Positions 13,346 to 28,030 of a DNA stretch of 64,000 nucleotides are shown here, piece by piece. This DNA comes from Mobula hypostoma (Eukaryota): assembly GCF_963921235.1 (NCBI RefSeq), contig NC_086097.1, positions 35,218,001-35,282,000 on the forward strand. Direction: 5' to 3'. Every line of letters begins with the position of its first letter. Within the stretch, counting starts at the first letter, position 1. Below the pieces are notes generated by a model that had not been told where the DNA came from, searched no databases, and saw only the letters and a program-made list of their open reading frames with translations. Both the position numbers and the translations under genes were made by a program.

Positions 13346-14529
13346 TATTGTACTGTTCTGTACTGTACTTAATTGTTCCTGATCTAAGCTCCACCTTCCT
13401 TTCCAATTCCCAGAGCAATAAAAAGATAATGTCAACTAATTTAATAATAATGATAAAAAAAGATGGTTGATCAGCAAATCAAAATGTTAACAGGAAAATT
13501 CTGAAGGGATATATATCTGGGTCTTTTGCATATGGCAGATGTTAAATGCTAATTGCTGATGTAGTCTGCTTATTGACTACAATCAGTAAGCAGCCCATAC
13601 AAAGCAGCTGCAGACTTACAGTATTTGCTGCAGTGCGGAGTTGTTTTCTAGAGTATTAATCAAATGGTACAGCCATTCTTGGCTATATTCCACATCTAAA
13701 ATTAATGGAAGATGGTTGAATATTTATCTTTGTCAAAAACTAATCCCTTTCACTTGATTTGTTTCATATATACCACATCCCTTTAGTGTTTGAGTAAAAG
13801 GATAGAAAACTGGCAAATGATTAATCAGCTAATTCTAGTTTGCATACTCTAGTTATGTCTAGACTTTGACATTTGAATAACATTGCATATCGTTTCAAAA
13901 TGACAAAAAGATTAACTGAAGTTTCAATGTTGTATATTACATCTTACATATTTTTGGCTGGATTGCAATTATCTCTAGATCTTACCAGCTCCATGATAAA
14001 ATACTATATATTTTAATTCATTTCAGATTTCAGTTGCTGTAACTTTGAGTTATTGTAAAAATTATTGGCTCAAAATTAATTGCTGATCTTTGGTGTTAAG
14101 TGTGTCAGGTGACTGAACTCTAGGCTACCAAATGACTCATTCATGAAAGTGTATGAGAGCCGGGGCCCTATGCCCAACACCTGTAAAACAAATGTCCAAT
14201 ACCAACCTACACCTCCGACAATAAAAGTTCATAGTGAGGCCCTGGCAGCTGTGGACCAATTTTCATATCATGATGAAAATCACATCCTGTACCAATGATG
14301 AAATCCACCATTACTTTCCATGCATCATCAGCCTTGGGTGGACTGAGGGGAAAAAAAAGTTGTCTGAAGCCACAAAACTTCTGGTCCTCAGGCAGCAATG
14401 CTCTCTGATTTCTGAGGTGCTTCCAGACTACCAACAGTGGGCAACTCAAGGTCTTGGAAATATTCCCAAAATTGTCTGTGCAAAATCTCCAAATTCACTG
14501 GAAGGACAAGAGACCTACAATCAACATAG

Positions 14530-15716
14530 GCTTAATTGAATTGACTTTGTTACTTACATTCTTCATATACATGAGGAGTAAAAATCTTTACATTATATTT
14601 CCATCTAAATGTGCAATGTGCAATTTACAGTAATTTATAATAAATAGTATGTACAACAGGATAGCCAATATAACATAGAAATGCAGTTGTGTTAGCATGA
14701 ATTAATCAGTCTGATGGCCTGGTGGAAGAAGCTGTCCTGGAGACTTTTGGTCCTTGTTTTTTATGTTGCAGTACCATTTCCTGGATGGTAGCAGCTGGAA
14801 TTGTTTGTGGCTGGGGTGACTCGGGTCCCCAATGATCCTTCAGGCCCTTTTTACACACCTGTCTTTGTAAATGTCTTGAAAAGTGGGAAGTTCACATCTA
14901 CAGATGTGCTGGGCTCTCTGCAGAGTCCTGCGACTGAGAGAAGTACAGTTCCCATATCAGGCAGTGATGCAGCCAGTCAGGATGCTCTCAGTTATGCCCC
15001 TGTAGTAAGTTCTTAGGATTTGGGGGCCCATACCAAACTTCTTCAACCGTCTGAGGTGAAAGAGGCGCTGCTGTGCCTTTCCCACCACAGACCACGTGAG
15101 ATCCTCGGTGATGTTTATGCTGAGGAACTTAAAGCTGTTCACCCTCTCAACCCCAGATCCATTGATGTCAATAGGGGTTAGCCTGTCTCCATTCCTCCTG
15201 TAGTCCACAACCAGCTACTTTGTTTTTGCGACATTGAGGGAGAGGTTGTTTTCTTGATACCACTGTGTCAGGGTGATAACTTCTTCTCTGTAGGCTGCCT
15301 CATTATTATTTGCGATTAGGCCAATCAGTGTAGTACTGCCAGCAAATTTAATTGGAGCTGTGGGTGGTGGCACAGTCATGGGTATACAGATAGTAAAGGA
15401 GGGGGCTTAGGACACAGCCCTGAGGGGCACCTGTGTTGAGGGTCAGAGGGGCAGAGGTGAAGGGAGCCCACTCTTACCACCTGCCAGTGATCTGACAGGA
15501 AGTCCAGGATCCGGCTGCACAAGGCAGGGTGAAGGCCGAGGTCTCTGAGCTTCTTGTCAAGCCTGGAGGGAATTGTGGTGTTGAATGCTGAACTGTAGTC
15601 TAAGAACAGCGTTCTCACATAAGCATCCCTCTTCTCCAGGTGTGTAAGGACGAGGTGTAGAACTGTGGGTATTGCGTCACCTGTCGATTGGTTATGTCGG
15701 TAGGTGAATTTTAGGG
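14530..15716 (-). mobile_element. Rex1/Babar-type LINE 3' fragment
   Basis: YRHNQSTGDAI...YVRTLFLDYSSAFNTTIPSRL, VERVNSFKFL, KAQQRLFHLRRLKKF, ESILTGCITAW. Confidence 0.85.
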
Positions 15717-18700
15717 TGAAAGATGAAATATTTAAAAGGAGTATGAGGGATAACTTGTTCAGAGAGTAGTGCGAGTGTGGCGTTCCTAGCAAAGAGTTTG
15801 GTGTAGATACAATTGTAACATTTAAGAGAAGTTTGGATGAGGACTATGGTGTCAAGAGATCACCCAGTGGACAGGGCAAAAGTCATCAAAGCCTTTGGGG
15901 GGGGGAAAATGAAAAAGCCCCCTGACATTTGAAACTTCCTCAGCTTAGAGTAAGGAATGATATCAGGATAGTGTTGAGTCTATGCACTGGGAATACACAG
16001 AGGTCCAGAGTAAATCCCTGTTGACCCTCCTGCCCCAACTGTAGAAGAGTGTGTGGTTTCCACACTTTATCAATCACTTCAGTACTCACAAAACTGTAGT
16101 CCTCCTCATTTCTCAGGAAATACCTGAAAAGAAGGAGGTATAATAGAGTACTCGCACTTTACTGGGCTTCAGAAATTCATTCCATTGCTACTTTAGTACT
16201 ACTGATTGGGGATGAATTCCTCGGCAGTGGTTTCACCCAGCTCATCATCAGGGTGATGGAATGTTTCTGATGGGTTCTCTGTTGAGGTTTGCACTAACGC
16301 AGACACTTCATAAATAAATCTGACGTCCACATTGGAATCCAAATGGCTGATAGTGAACATTTGGAGTTTAAGATGACAGGCAAGAATTTCAAAGCTGGAA
16401 ACAAAATGAATACAACTTATCCCAATTTCAACAGTGGATTGGGCTGTGATGGGCTGTGATGGATGAGAATTATATAAAGACCAAACATCTTCCCCTTATT
16501 AAATGGAACAAAATCGTGCAGTGGAAGCAAAAATTGCTGGAACTGTTTAGCAGGACAGACAACAACTGTTAAATCAGCTTCTCTTCTCTGGCCTGCTGAG
16601 TTTTCTAGCATTTTGCATTTTATTTCCACTTTCTTGCATCCTCAATACTTTGCTTTTGCATGCAAAAAGATGTTTTAATATTAGGTAATTAATAAAACAA
16701 TTTTCAATAAAAGTTCAAATAAATTGCCACACTTTTTGATCTGCAGATATAAATCAAAAACAAAGATTAATGTTTAAATATGTAAACCTTCAAAATACTG
16801 AGAAATATTTAAGTGGTCTATCCAATCAAACCAACATTTTGCTTAATAACATTTGTGTTTTCATATTGTTCCAACATAGTTACCATTAGATACCATTACA
16901 ATAATTTTAAATTATGGTCACTGCTGTTATTAGACAGACACAACAGGTAATTTGTACACAGAGTCCTTTGAACAGCATTGATAACTGATTGGTTAAACCG
17001 TTTTTGGATAGCTCATCAAATGCTGCAGTGGGATCTTTGACATCTATCGGAACCTATGCACTGGCCTTAATTTAAAAATTTCTCCTCTCTATGCATCAGT
17101 GTCCTAAAGTGGTCACCCCAAATTATGCAATTATCTTCTCGAGTACAGCAGGAGCTCATGTTTGTTTGTGAGGGCCACAGCTAGGGCACAATTTTAACCT
17201 TCCTGGCAAAAGTAAGGCAGGTTTGGATCAGGAGCCTGCTTGCTATACAGCTTGATTTAGCTGGCTACTGGAGTCAATAAAGTGTAGGTGTAAAACAAGC
17301 AGTTGTCTGAAACATGTTACATTATTTCCAGGTGGATTAGATTAAAATTACCTCCTTAAATGTTGAATTGTTGAGACATAACTCTCCTACTCTAGAGTCC
17401 TGTTCCTGTGAAAAGAAATGGAATTATTGGCTTTTAAAGATCTATGCAACTGATTTATGCCTAACATAGAAACAATCCAAGGTAGTTTTGACAGATAGTC
17501 CTTTAACAATTCATATTATTTTATGTTGTAAATTTGCTGCAGAACAGAGTAGGCAGCCAAGTTGTCATAGCATAAACACACTGTAGGCTGAGTGAACAAA
17601 CCCAGTAAATAAATGTAACATAAATCTCAATTCTCTAAGTATCTTTGTATTCAGTGACTACTTCAAGGATATTCTAGTTAAATAGGACTAAGTTCTAACT
17701 TCAGTGGAAAAATTCTTGAAGCTCAGGTTACCCAGTATAATTCTAACCCCATAATGTACACAGTAGCGCGAAGCGCAGAATCAAATATCACTGTGATGAT
17801 TGTACGCTGTAGCATCAATTGTTTGGCGACAATAAAGTAATATCCTCACGATCTTTCTGCTACCTAAAATCACCCTGATATGTTGATGAAGCCTGTCAAT
17901 AAAACTGCTCTGTTTGTATTGCTCATTTTACATTTTGTAAAATGGCATAGCCCACAACCATTTGAGGTGCCTCTATACTGGGAAGGCAGCAGCAGTACCC
18001 ACCCTGTTTCCACGGTGATCTTGGGAGTCACTGCCGCCTGTCATCCCCTCCACCCATTTTCCACCCTCTCTCATGACCTACACTGTGGCTGCCGATGCTA
18101 AAGCAGCCAGTCCGAAATAGCCGCCGCCTTTGGCACTGAGCTGTCTCTTGAAGGCCGATTCCAATACTTTGCTTGTCAAAGCCAAAGGCCTGAGATCGTG
18201 TTTTGGATCAGCCTCCTACCTTGACAGACCATCCCACCACATGAGCTGAGTGCGGTTGGTGGCCCCGAAACTTCTATAAAGACCGATACATAACTTGTGC
18301 TTGATTTCAAAATAAGATTGCATTACATCTCAATGCTCACTCATGCCTTCCATATAACCCAAGTTGCCATGCGGTACCAGGCACCCTGTTGACAGTTTTA
18401 TGGTAATAGGCAAAGGTGTTGAAATTGTATCTCAATGCCTATGCATTGCCTTTGGGCTAGGCTCCCAGCACAGTATTTATTTGCTTAACACTGAAAAGCC
18501 TGGTGCATAACTATGTGTTGTACTCCTTGAAAAACAAAATGTTCAGGTTTGCTTGTTGTTCTCATCACCATTTGTGGATCACCTTCTTCATTTACCGTTA
18601 AAAGATTTCCATTCAGTGCAGAAAATAATGCCACATTTAGGATGCTCTGAACACCACCAGGAAACCACTCAGAGAATTCATGGTCGTGGTAGTATACAAA

Positions 18701-18759
18701 TACCTTTCATCAAATGATGTAGGATAGAGGTTAGAGAATAAATTAATGCAAACTATTAA

Positions 18760-19078
18760 ATTCCCCCCTTCCACTATTCTCCACTTTGACCTTTTAACTC
18801 TTATCTGTCCTGTGTTGCTTCCTCCATCTCTGTCTTCGATTGTCCGCTCTCATCTCCTATCAGATTCCTTCTTCTCCACACCTTGACCTTCCTCTCCCAC
18901 CTGGCGACCCCTACCAGCTAGCCTCCTTACCCTCCCCCCCCCCCCACTTTTTTATTCTGGCATCCTCCTCTCCTTCCCTCTCAGTCCTGAAGAAGCGTCT
19001 TGGCCTGAAACGGTGCCTATCTATTCACTTCCAAAGATGCTGCCTGACCTGCTGAGTTCCTCCAGCATTTTGTGTGTT
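18760..19078 (+). mobile_element. Penelope-like element 3' end/pseudo-LTR with a degenerate hammerhead
   Basis: Pyrimidine-rich tract, then AGTCCTGAAGAAGCGTCTTGGCCTGAAACGG and GATGCTGCCTGACCTGCTGAGTTCCTCCAGCATTTTGTGTGT. Confidence 0.75.
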
Positions 19079-19436
19079 TAGCTTACAATTGAATATGTTT
19101 TTTTAATTAGTAGAGAAGAGGTGATAAAGAATAGGTATTAAATGGATCCTTAAAAATCAATTTTTCTATGCTGAGCAATATTTTAAATGCTCTTGCAGTT
19201 CATGTTCAAGTTTAGTGTTAACTATCTTGGCATACATACACAGGGTTTGCATAACATGCAAGTTAGATTTTTGCAGCAACAGCTCAGTAGATTACAAACA
19301 TGACTACATAAGTTAACAGCGAACTAAATTAACATAAACTGTACGTAACTTATACATTCCGGGTCACACCTATTTGAAATGATACACTTATTGCTTTGCC
19401 AGCATCACAGGTTAACAACGGATGTGAAACAAGTAA

Positions 19437-19688
<252 letters not shown>

Positions 19689-20364
19689 TGAAGCTCAATC
19701 CAAAATTCATGACAGGACTGCAGAACAGAACAGCAATTGGTAGACTGCCAGGGAATACTTCATCCACTACTAAGATTCTGTATTTGAGAGTTTCTCCCTT
19801 ACTTTTGACTCTTTGCCTCCAGGAATCTGTTGATTAGATGCAAATCAACATGTCAGGTTTTGTGTCAGGTCAGGGCCTTGCCTTGCTACTGTTATCACGT
19901 AGCCCAGTACTACCTGTCTCGGGTCGGGTTGTCAGCGACTCAACGGGCACACCCCCTGGTGCACTTCGGTTAACCAGAGAGGAGCGTGTGTAGGCACCCA
20001 GCAGGACTAAAAACAAAACCTGTCAAAGGGCAGATGAACTCTTTGTGAGTCAACGGACACCTACTGTCTGTGTGAGGAGTTGCGCGCAACACAGTCTTTC
20101 GTTTCGCACCTTGTAAGGCATGAATTTGTCCTATGCTGGCCCCCTAGGCTTGAGTTGACATAGTAGTAGATGTAAAACTCAGAGGGAAAACTCAGTTTTC
20201 CCATCACTTTGGGATTTCAGACACTTTGTTATGTGACATTTAGCTTGTTCACAGCCACAATAGAAAAAGGATGGCTGGCAGTACTTAATTGTAGAGGGAT
20301 GGGAGATGAATCTGATCTCGAGCTCCATTTCTCAAATGTAAAGTCTGCCCATGTTCCAGTGCAG

Positions 20365-21230
20365 AGTCCAAAGTTCAATGCTCACGGTAAAGACCGAGGA
20401 AAATTTATTATCAAAGTACATACAGCACATGTCATCATCGACAACCCTGAGATCCGTTTTCTTGCAGGTATATTCAAAAAATGCAAGAACCATGATAGAG
20501 TCAATGAAAGAGTGCACACAACAGGGTGGACAAGCAACCAGTGTGCAAAAGACAACAAGCTGCACAAATACAACAGAGAAATAATAATAATAAAGAAATA
20601 TACAATAAATATTGAGAACTTGAGATGAGGAGTCCTTGAAAGGGAGTCCATAGGTTGTGACAAGTGAACTTTAGTGAGGTTAATGAGCCTGATGGTCAAG
20701 GGGTAATAACAGTTCCTGAGGCTCCTGGACCTTTGTCCTGATGACAGAAGTGAGTGTGACCTAGGGGGTGGGGATCTGTGACGATGGACGCTGCTTTCCT
20801 ATGGTGGTGATCCATGCGGATGTGCTCAGTGGTAGGGAGGGCTTTACCCATGATGGATGTGGCCATAGCCATTCATCTTTGTCGGCTTTACCATTCAGGG
20901 GCATTGGTGTTTCCATACCAGGCCGTAATGCAACCAGACAGTATTCTCTCCACTGCATATTTATAGAGGTACATATATGGTCAAAAGTGTGTATACCACA
21001 CGCAAGCTTGAGATTCGTCTTCTTGCAGGTAGCCACAAAGCAAAGAAACACAACAAATCCACCAAAAAAAAACCCCACACAACAAAGACTGTCAAACACC
21101 CAGTGTGCGCAAGAGGAACAGATTGTGCAAAGAATGAAACGAGTAAACAAACGCACAGAGAACAGGAACTGCAAAGTCCCCGAAAGTGAGTCCACAGCCA
21201 CTGAGCCAGTTCAGCACTGAGGCAAGTAAA
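20365..21230 (-). mobile_element. Two adjacent Rex-derived non-autonomous repeat fragments
   Basis: Both contain GAGATTCGTTTTCTTGCAGG and ACCAGTGTGCAAAAG blocks, which recur at about 9620, 38490 and (opposite strand) 45520-46190. Confidence 0.55.
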
Positions 21231-21680
21231 CCCTCCTTGAAGTAGTAAGCTGAACACTGGTTCATCCTTTACCCTCCGCCTTGAAATCTTGATCTTTTTT
21301 TTCTGGCTCAGCACTTAAATTGGCTAAACTGAGGCTAATTTTTCACTCTTGGGCCCAGCTTTGATCGGGCCCCAAGCCTGATCCAACGAAGGCTGCTGTA
21401 ACCGTACCTGCATTCTTGAGAGTCCAGTTCACTGAATCCATCAGGATACTGCGTAAAAACTGCAGATGGTTTCAAGACACAACTCCTTAAAGGGAAGTTG
21501 CAGCCTGTGGATTGCAGTGCTAGTAGTCCAGAATCAGTATAGTGAACAGAGTAGTTAATAGTTTGAAAAACGATCTAGAGCTTAGTCAGTCGTTTTGTTT
21601 GCTGCCCGCAAAATGTCACCGTATCTCGCCAGCAACACCTTGCCAGTGAGTCCAGAAAGGTGTCTGAGTTATGGATGTGA

Positions 21681-22187
<507 letters not shown>

Positions 22188-23041
22188 TAATAACAAAGTT
22201 CTGTTTAGCGTGCTATTGTGCTGTAAGTGTTAGCTTTGACTTGTGGCAGCCCTTTGTAATGTAGTCCTGTTAGAGCGAAATTACATTTCTGAAATTGCAA
22301 AGATACCACCTCATTTATCTTGTAGAGTGAACGTTCCGGGTTTTTGACAGGGATAGCACTTTATGAAAATGATGGCCAGTGGTTCCACAAAATATTTGGT
22401 TTCCTGTCTATAAAGCAAAAGAAAAAGTTAGTTGTGGACTCAAACACATTGTAGATCTTGAAGCAATTCCCTGATGGAATTTATAAGTAAAGTTCGGGGA
22501 ACCGAACGCTTTGCAACTATGTACCTTCCTGGGGAAATAAACAAAAAGATCAATTATTCAGATACATTTATAACTAGAGTTGTAGTTAAAATGTGTAAGT
22601 TTGCAAGATCACCCACAGTTTTTAGGTATGGTTAAAATGATTAGAAAAATAGTTACAAACTGAAGGTTCATACATAGTGAGCTGAAACATTTTGTTGCTA
22701 TGCCTACAATAATTAGAAGCTAAAAGGACAGCCACGGATGCTGGAAATCTGATGCTAGAAATGTATTCCAGGTTGCTGTAATCTGAAGTGAAGGTAGCAT
22801 TTTGTGTCACAGTTGGCACTGCCATTCTGACACCAGCAGCCAGTCTGTTCTGTTCGTGTAAGGATGATCATCCGTCTTTCTTGTTCAGGAAATTCTTGTT
22901 TCAGATCCCAGCAGAAACTTCACTGAAGCACAATCAGCCAGTGACCTTTAGACAGGTTACACCCCATATTAGGGTGTTCTCCAGAAAGTAGTAGATTGAT
23001 CTTAAGTGTACCAAGTGTACAACTGTGCAAGTGTTCCATTA

Positions 23042-23340
23042 TTAGGCATCCGTTAGTCTCGTGAGACCATAGATTTGCGCCTTGGAGGGTTTCCAGGGTG
23101 CAGGCTTGGGCAAGGTTGTATGGAAGACCGGCAGTTGCCCATGCTGCAAGTCTCCCCTCTCCACGCCACCGATGCTGTCCAAGGGAAGGGCACTAGGGCC
23201 GATGCAGCTTGGTACTGGTGTCGTCGCAGAACAATGTGTGGTTAAGTGCCTTGCTCAAGGATACAACACGTTGCCTCAGCTGAGGCTCAAACTAGGGACC
23301 TTCAGGTCACTAGACCGACACCTTAACCACTTGGCCACGC
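23042..23340 (-). mobile_element. Full-length tRNA-derived SINE with 15-bp TSD
   Basis: The - strand begins CGTGGCCAAGTGGTTAAG (A box) and carries GTTTGAGCC (B-box-like); TSD GCAAGTGTTCCATTA at 23027-23041 and 23341-23355. Confidence 0.88.
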
Positions 23341-23519
23341 GCAAGTGTTCCATTACTCCACCACTATCCCTAAAACCACAGTGTCTTTCAAAACTAATAT
23401 GAATTAATAAGACTTTTCACCCAGCAGAAAATTATATGAATGTTTGCCTTAATATTATATTAAATAACTGGGTGGATAAATAATATTACCTACCTGGTCA
23501 TCTGAATGCCATTCCATAA

Positions 23520-24030
23520 TCTAGAACAAAGAACTGCGTAGTAAATGAACAGGCCTTTTGGTCAACAATGTTGTGCTGAACCAGTGAAATTAGTTATCAA
23601 GTGGCTAACTAAACTAAGGTCTTCTGCCTAAATAATATCCACATCCTTCCATTTTCCTCACATCTCTAATGTATCTGCCTCTACCACCATCCCAGGCATG
23701 CACATTCAGACACCTACCACTTTCTGTTTCTCACAACTTGCCCCTCACATCTCCTTTGACCTTACCCCTCTCAGAAATGTATAGGAAAAAGATAGTGTCT
23801 GTCTACTCCATCTATGCCTCTTATAATGTTGTACATCCCTATCAGATCCTTCTCCAGCCTCTGCCGCACCAGAGAAAACAAAAGTTTGTTCAACCTCTTG
23901 TTATAGCACATGCCCTCTAATCCAGACAGCATCCTGGTAGATCTCTTCTGCACCCTCTCCAAAGCCTTGACATTCTTCCTATAATGCGGTGACCAAAACT
24001 GTGTGCTATACTCTAGATGTAATTTGAATT
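23520..24030 (-). mobile_element. CR1 LINE 3' fragment
   Basis: HLEYSTQFWSPHYRKNVKALERVQKR. Confidence 0.8.
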
Positions 24031-24269
24031 GTGTACTCCCATCCAAGGTTAGGCTTTTCTTCTAGGGTTCATCTGTGTTCCAGCAAAAGGCTTCTTCATT
24101 CTTTTGAGACCATGTGAATCATCTCTAGCACTTCTAGGACAGAGCTTTGTGCACTATAAACATGAGTCAGGCACTGACAAAAGTGCACATAAGTTCCCAT
24201 TCATTATGAATGGAAAGTGAGTTAAGACCCCAGTCAAACCCTGGCATGAATAGGCTGGAAAGTTAGAAT

Positions 24270-26197
24270 AGAAAGCTTAAAGGTAAAAAAGAAACTAAGA
24301 AGGTCATTAAGAGAGAAAAGATTAACTATGAAAGGAAGCTAGCAAATAATATCAAAGAGGATAATAAAAGCTTTTTCAAGTATATAAAAGAGTAAAAGAC
24401 AGGTGAGAGTAGATATAGGACCAATAGAAAATGATGCTGGAGAAATTGTAATGGGAGATAAGGAGATGGCAGAGGAACTGAACGAATATTTTGCATCAGT
24501 CTTCACTGAGGAAGACATCAGCAGTATACCGGACTCTCAAGGGTGGCAAGGAAGAGAAGTGTGCGCAGTCACAATTACGACAGAGAAAGTACTCAGGAAG
24601 CTGAATAGTCTAAAGGTAGATAAATCACCTGGACCAGATGGAATGCACCCTTGTGTTCTGAAGGAAGTAGCTGTGGAGATTGCGGAGGCATTAGCGATGA
24701 TCTTTCAAAAGTCGATAGATTCTGGCATGGTTCCGGAGGACAGGAAGATTGCAAATGTCACTCTGCTATTTAAGAAGGGGGCAAGGAAGCAAAAAGGAAA
24801 TTATTGACCTGTTAGCTTGACATCGGTGGTTGGGAAGTTATTGGAGTCGATTGTCAAGGATGAGGTTACAGAGTACCTGGAGGCATATGACAAGATAGGC
24901 AGAACTCAGAATGGATTCCTTAAAGGAAAATCCTGCCTGACAAACCTATTACAACTTTTTGAGGAAATTACCAGTAGGTTAGACAAGGGAAATGCGGTGG
25001 ATGTTGTATATTTGGATTTTCAGAAGGCCTTTGACAAGGTGCCATACGTGAGGCTACTTAACAAGATAAGAGCCCATTGAATTACGGGAAAGTTACATAC
25101 GTGGATAGAGCGTTGGCTGATTAGCAGGAAACAGAGTGGGAATAAAGGGATCCTATTTTGGTTGGCTGCCGGTTACCAGTGGTGTTCCACAGGGGTCTGT
25201 GTTGGGGCCGCTTCTTTTTACATTGTACATCAACAATTTGGATTATGGAATAGATGGCTTTGTGACTAAGATTGCTGACGATACGAAGATAGGTGGAGGA
25301 GCCGGTAGTGCTGAGGAAACAGAGAGTCTGCAGAGAGACTTGGGTAGATTGGAAGAATGGGCAAAGAAGTGTCAAATGAAATACAATGTTGGAAAGTGTA
25401 TGGTTATGCACTTTGGCAGAAGTAATAAATGGGCAGACTATTAATTAAATGGGGAAAGAATTCAAAGTTCTGAGATGCAATGGGACTTGGGAGTCCTCGT
25501 ACAGGATACCCTTAAGGTTAACCTCCAGGTTGAGTCGGTAGTGAAGAAGGTGAATGCAATGTTGGCATTCAATTCTAAAGGAATAGAGTATAGGAGCAGG
25601 GATGTGATGTTGAGGCTCTATAAGGCGCTGGTGAGACCTCACTTCGAGTACTGTGGGCAGTTTTGGTCTCCTTATTTAAGAAAGGATGTGCTGACGTTGG
25701 AGAGGGTACAGAGAAGATTCACTAGAATGATTCCGGGAATGAGAGAGTTAACATATGAGGAACGTTTGTCCGCTCTTGGACTGTATTCCTTGGAGTTTCG
25801 AAGAATGAGGGGAGACCTTATAGAAACATTTCGAATGTTGAAAGGCATGGACAGAGTGGATGTGGAAAAATTGTTTCCCATGATGGGGGAGTCTAGTACG
25901 AGAGAGCATGACTTAAGGATTGATGGGCGCCCATTCAGAACAGAAATGTGAAGAAATTTTTTTGGCCAGAAGGTGGTGAATCTATGGAATTTGTTGCCAC
26001 GGGTGGCAATGGAGGCCAAGTCATTGGGTGTATTTAAGGCAGAGATTGATAGGTATCTGAGTAGCCAGGGCATCAAAGATTATGGTGAAAAGGCAGGGGA
26101 GTGGGACTAAATGGGAGAATGGATCAGCTCATGATAAAATGGCGGAGCAGACTCGATGGGCCGAATGGCCGACTTCTGCTCCTTTGTCTTATGGTCT
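24270..26197 (+). mobile_element. CR1 LINE (5'-truncated, RT domain with stops and frameshifts)
   Basis: ORF pieces 24403-25951 with KSPGPDG, LDFQKAFDKVP, SGVPQGSVLGP, ADDTK; tail GTCTTATGGTCT. Confidence 0.92.
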
Positions 26198-26204
26198 AAA
26201 ATGG

Positions 26205-26678
26205 CAGCAACACACACAAAGTGCTGGAGGAACTCAGCAGGCCAGACAGCATCGACGTTTTGGGTCAAAACCCTTTGGCAAGACTGGAGGAAAAAATGCT
26301 GAGGAGTAGATTTAAAAGGTGGGAGAGGGAAGAGAGAAACACAAGGTGACTGGTGAAACCTGAAGGGGAAGGGATGAAGTAACAGCTGGGAAGTAAATTG
26401 GTGAAAGAGACAGAAGGCCATGGAAGAAAGTAAAGGGGGGGAGGAGCACCCGAGGAAGGTGGTGGGTGGGCAAGGAGATGAGGTGAGACATGGAAAAGGG
26501 GATGGGATATGGTGAAGGAGAGAGGGGTTTGGGGGGCATTACCACGAGTGTGAGAAGTGTGTTCATGCCATCAGGTCGAAGGCTACCCAAACAGAATATA
26601 AGGTGTTGTTCCTCCAACCTAAGTGTGGCCTCATCACGACAGTGGAGGAGGCTATGGATAGTCATATCGGAATGGGAG
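26205..26678 (-). mobile_element. Penelope-like element 3' fragment (end of GIY-YIG endonuclease plus pseudo-LTR)
   Basis: LLHCRDEATLRLEEQHLIFCLGSLRPDGMN resembles the PLE ORF C-terminus; followed by the same pLTR found in the hammerhead-bearing mini-elements, with a degenerate core. Confidence 0.8.
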
Positions 26679-27149
26679 TAGTAAGCAAGTTTTAAGTCTC
26701 TAAATGAAATTTTATTTGCGTTAGGAATATTTTGTGTGAGGTGGATGAGTATGCCTCATAAAATATTCGGAAGTAGGATGTCAGTCTTGCTGGCTATTGT
26801 AAAACCTATCCATTTGTTCAGTGCAGCGTAGGAACAGCAATGTGCGTTGGGAGATGAATTTAAATCATGGCTACTTACATTGTGTTGCCAATTGTACAGA
26901 GGTAGATTGGATCTGACAACAGGAGGGATCTGAGATTTGCTAGGAAGCTAAAATGTTTAGGGTTTGAAATATCCTTGAATGATTGAAGATTTGACCATGT
27001 CTTCATCCACATCTTTCTGAGACCCAGCCAAGTGTTGTTTTTCTTTCAAGTTCAAAGCAGAGCTGAAGTAGAAAGTCAATGTTGTAAAACAAGTCCATTT
27101 GTTCAGTGTATTGTAGGAACTGCAATATGTGTTGGGACTAATTGTAAAG

Positions 27150-27790
27150 CAAATACAGGTACATAATTCATTGAAAGTGGCGTCACAGGTCATAAAGAAA
27201 GCTTTTGGCACATTGGCCTTCATAAATCAACATATTGAGTACAGGAGATGGGAAGTTACATTGAAGTTGTATAAGACATTGGCGAGATCTGATTTGGAGT
27301 ATCGGGTGTAGTTTTGGTCACCTCCCTATAGGAGAAATGGTTGAAAGAGTGCAGAGAAAATTTACAAGGATGTTGGAGGATGTGAGTTATAAGGAAAGAT
27401 TGAATAGGTTAGGACTGTATTCTTTAGAACGTAGAAGACTGAGTGGGAATTTAATAGAGATATACAAAATTATAAGGGGTATAGATAGGGTAAATGCAAG
27501 CAGGCTTTTTCTACTAAGGTTGGGTGGAACTACAAACAGAGGTCATGGCTTAAGGGTGAAAGGTGAGAAGTTTAAGGGGAACATGAACGTCTTCACTCAG
27601 AAGGTTATGAGAGTGTGGAATGAACCGCCAGCACAAGTGGTCCATGCGAGCTTGATTTCAAGGTTTAAGAGAAGTTTGGATGGTAGGGTTGTGGAGGGCT
27701 ATGGTCCAGGTGCAAGTTGTTGGAAGTATGCAGCTTAAATGATTTTGGCATGGACTAGATGGGCCGACGGGCCTGTTTCTGTGCTTTACT
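27150..27790 (+). mobile_element. CR1 LINE 3' fragment
   Basis: ERVQRKFTRML...LGLYSLERRRL...RGHGLRV. Confidence 0.85.
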
Positions 27791-27839
27791 TCTCTGCGAC
27801 TCCATGACTCTGAAGTACACTTGGAAGATGGTGATCAGG

Positions 27840-28030
27840 TGTGTTTCCCGTGGGCGCTCCAATTTCCTCCCACGTTCCAAAGACACACGGTTAGGGTTAA
27901 TTAGTTGTGCAGGTGTGGCAACCTTTGCGAACTGCTCAACTCAATCCTCGCTGATTTGATTTGACACAAATGAAGCATTTCACTGAATGTTTCGATGTAC
28001 ACGTGGCACAGGAAGCTAATCTTTAATCTT
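27840..28030 (+). mobile_element. V-SINE-like fragment
   Basis: GTTTCC..GGGCGCTCC..TTTCCTCCCAC..TCCAAAGAC core and a TCTTTAATCTT tail. Confidence 0.55.

Noticed and set aside
14100..18500. Stretches at about 14100-14520, 15850-16330 and 17940-18500 that look like decayed coding sequence
   Set aside because: No motif could be recognised; possibly ancient TE relics, but this cannot be supported without a search.
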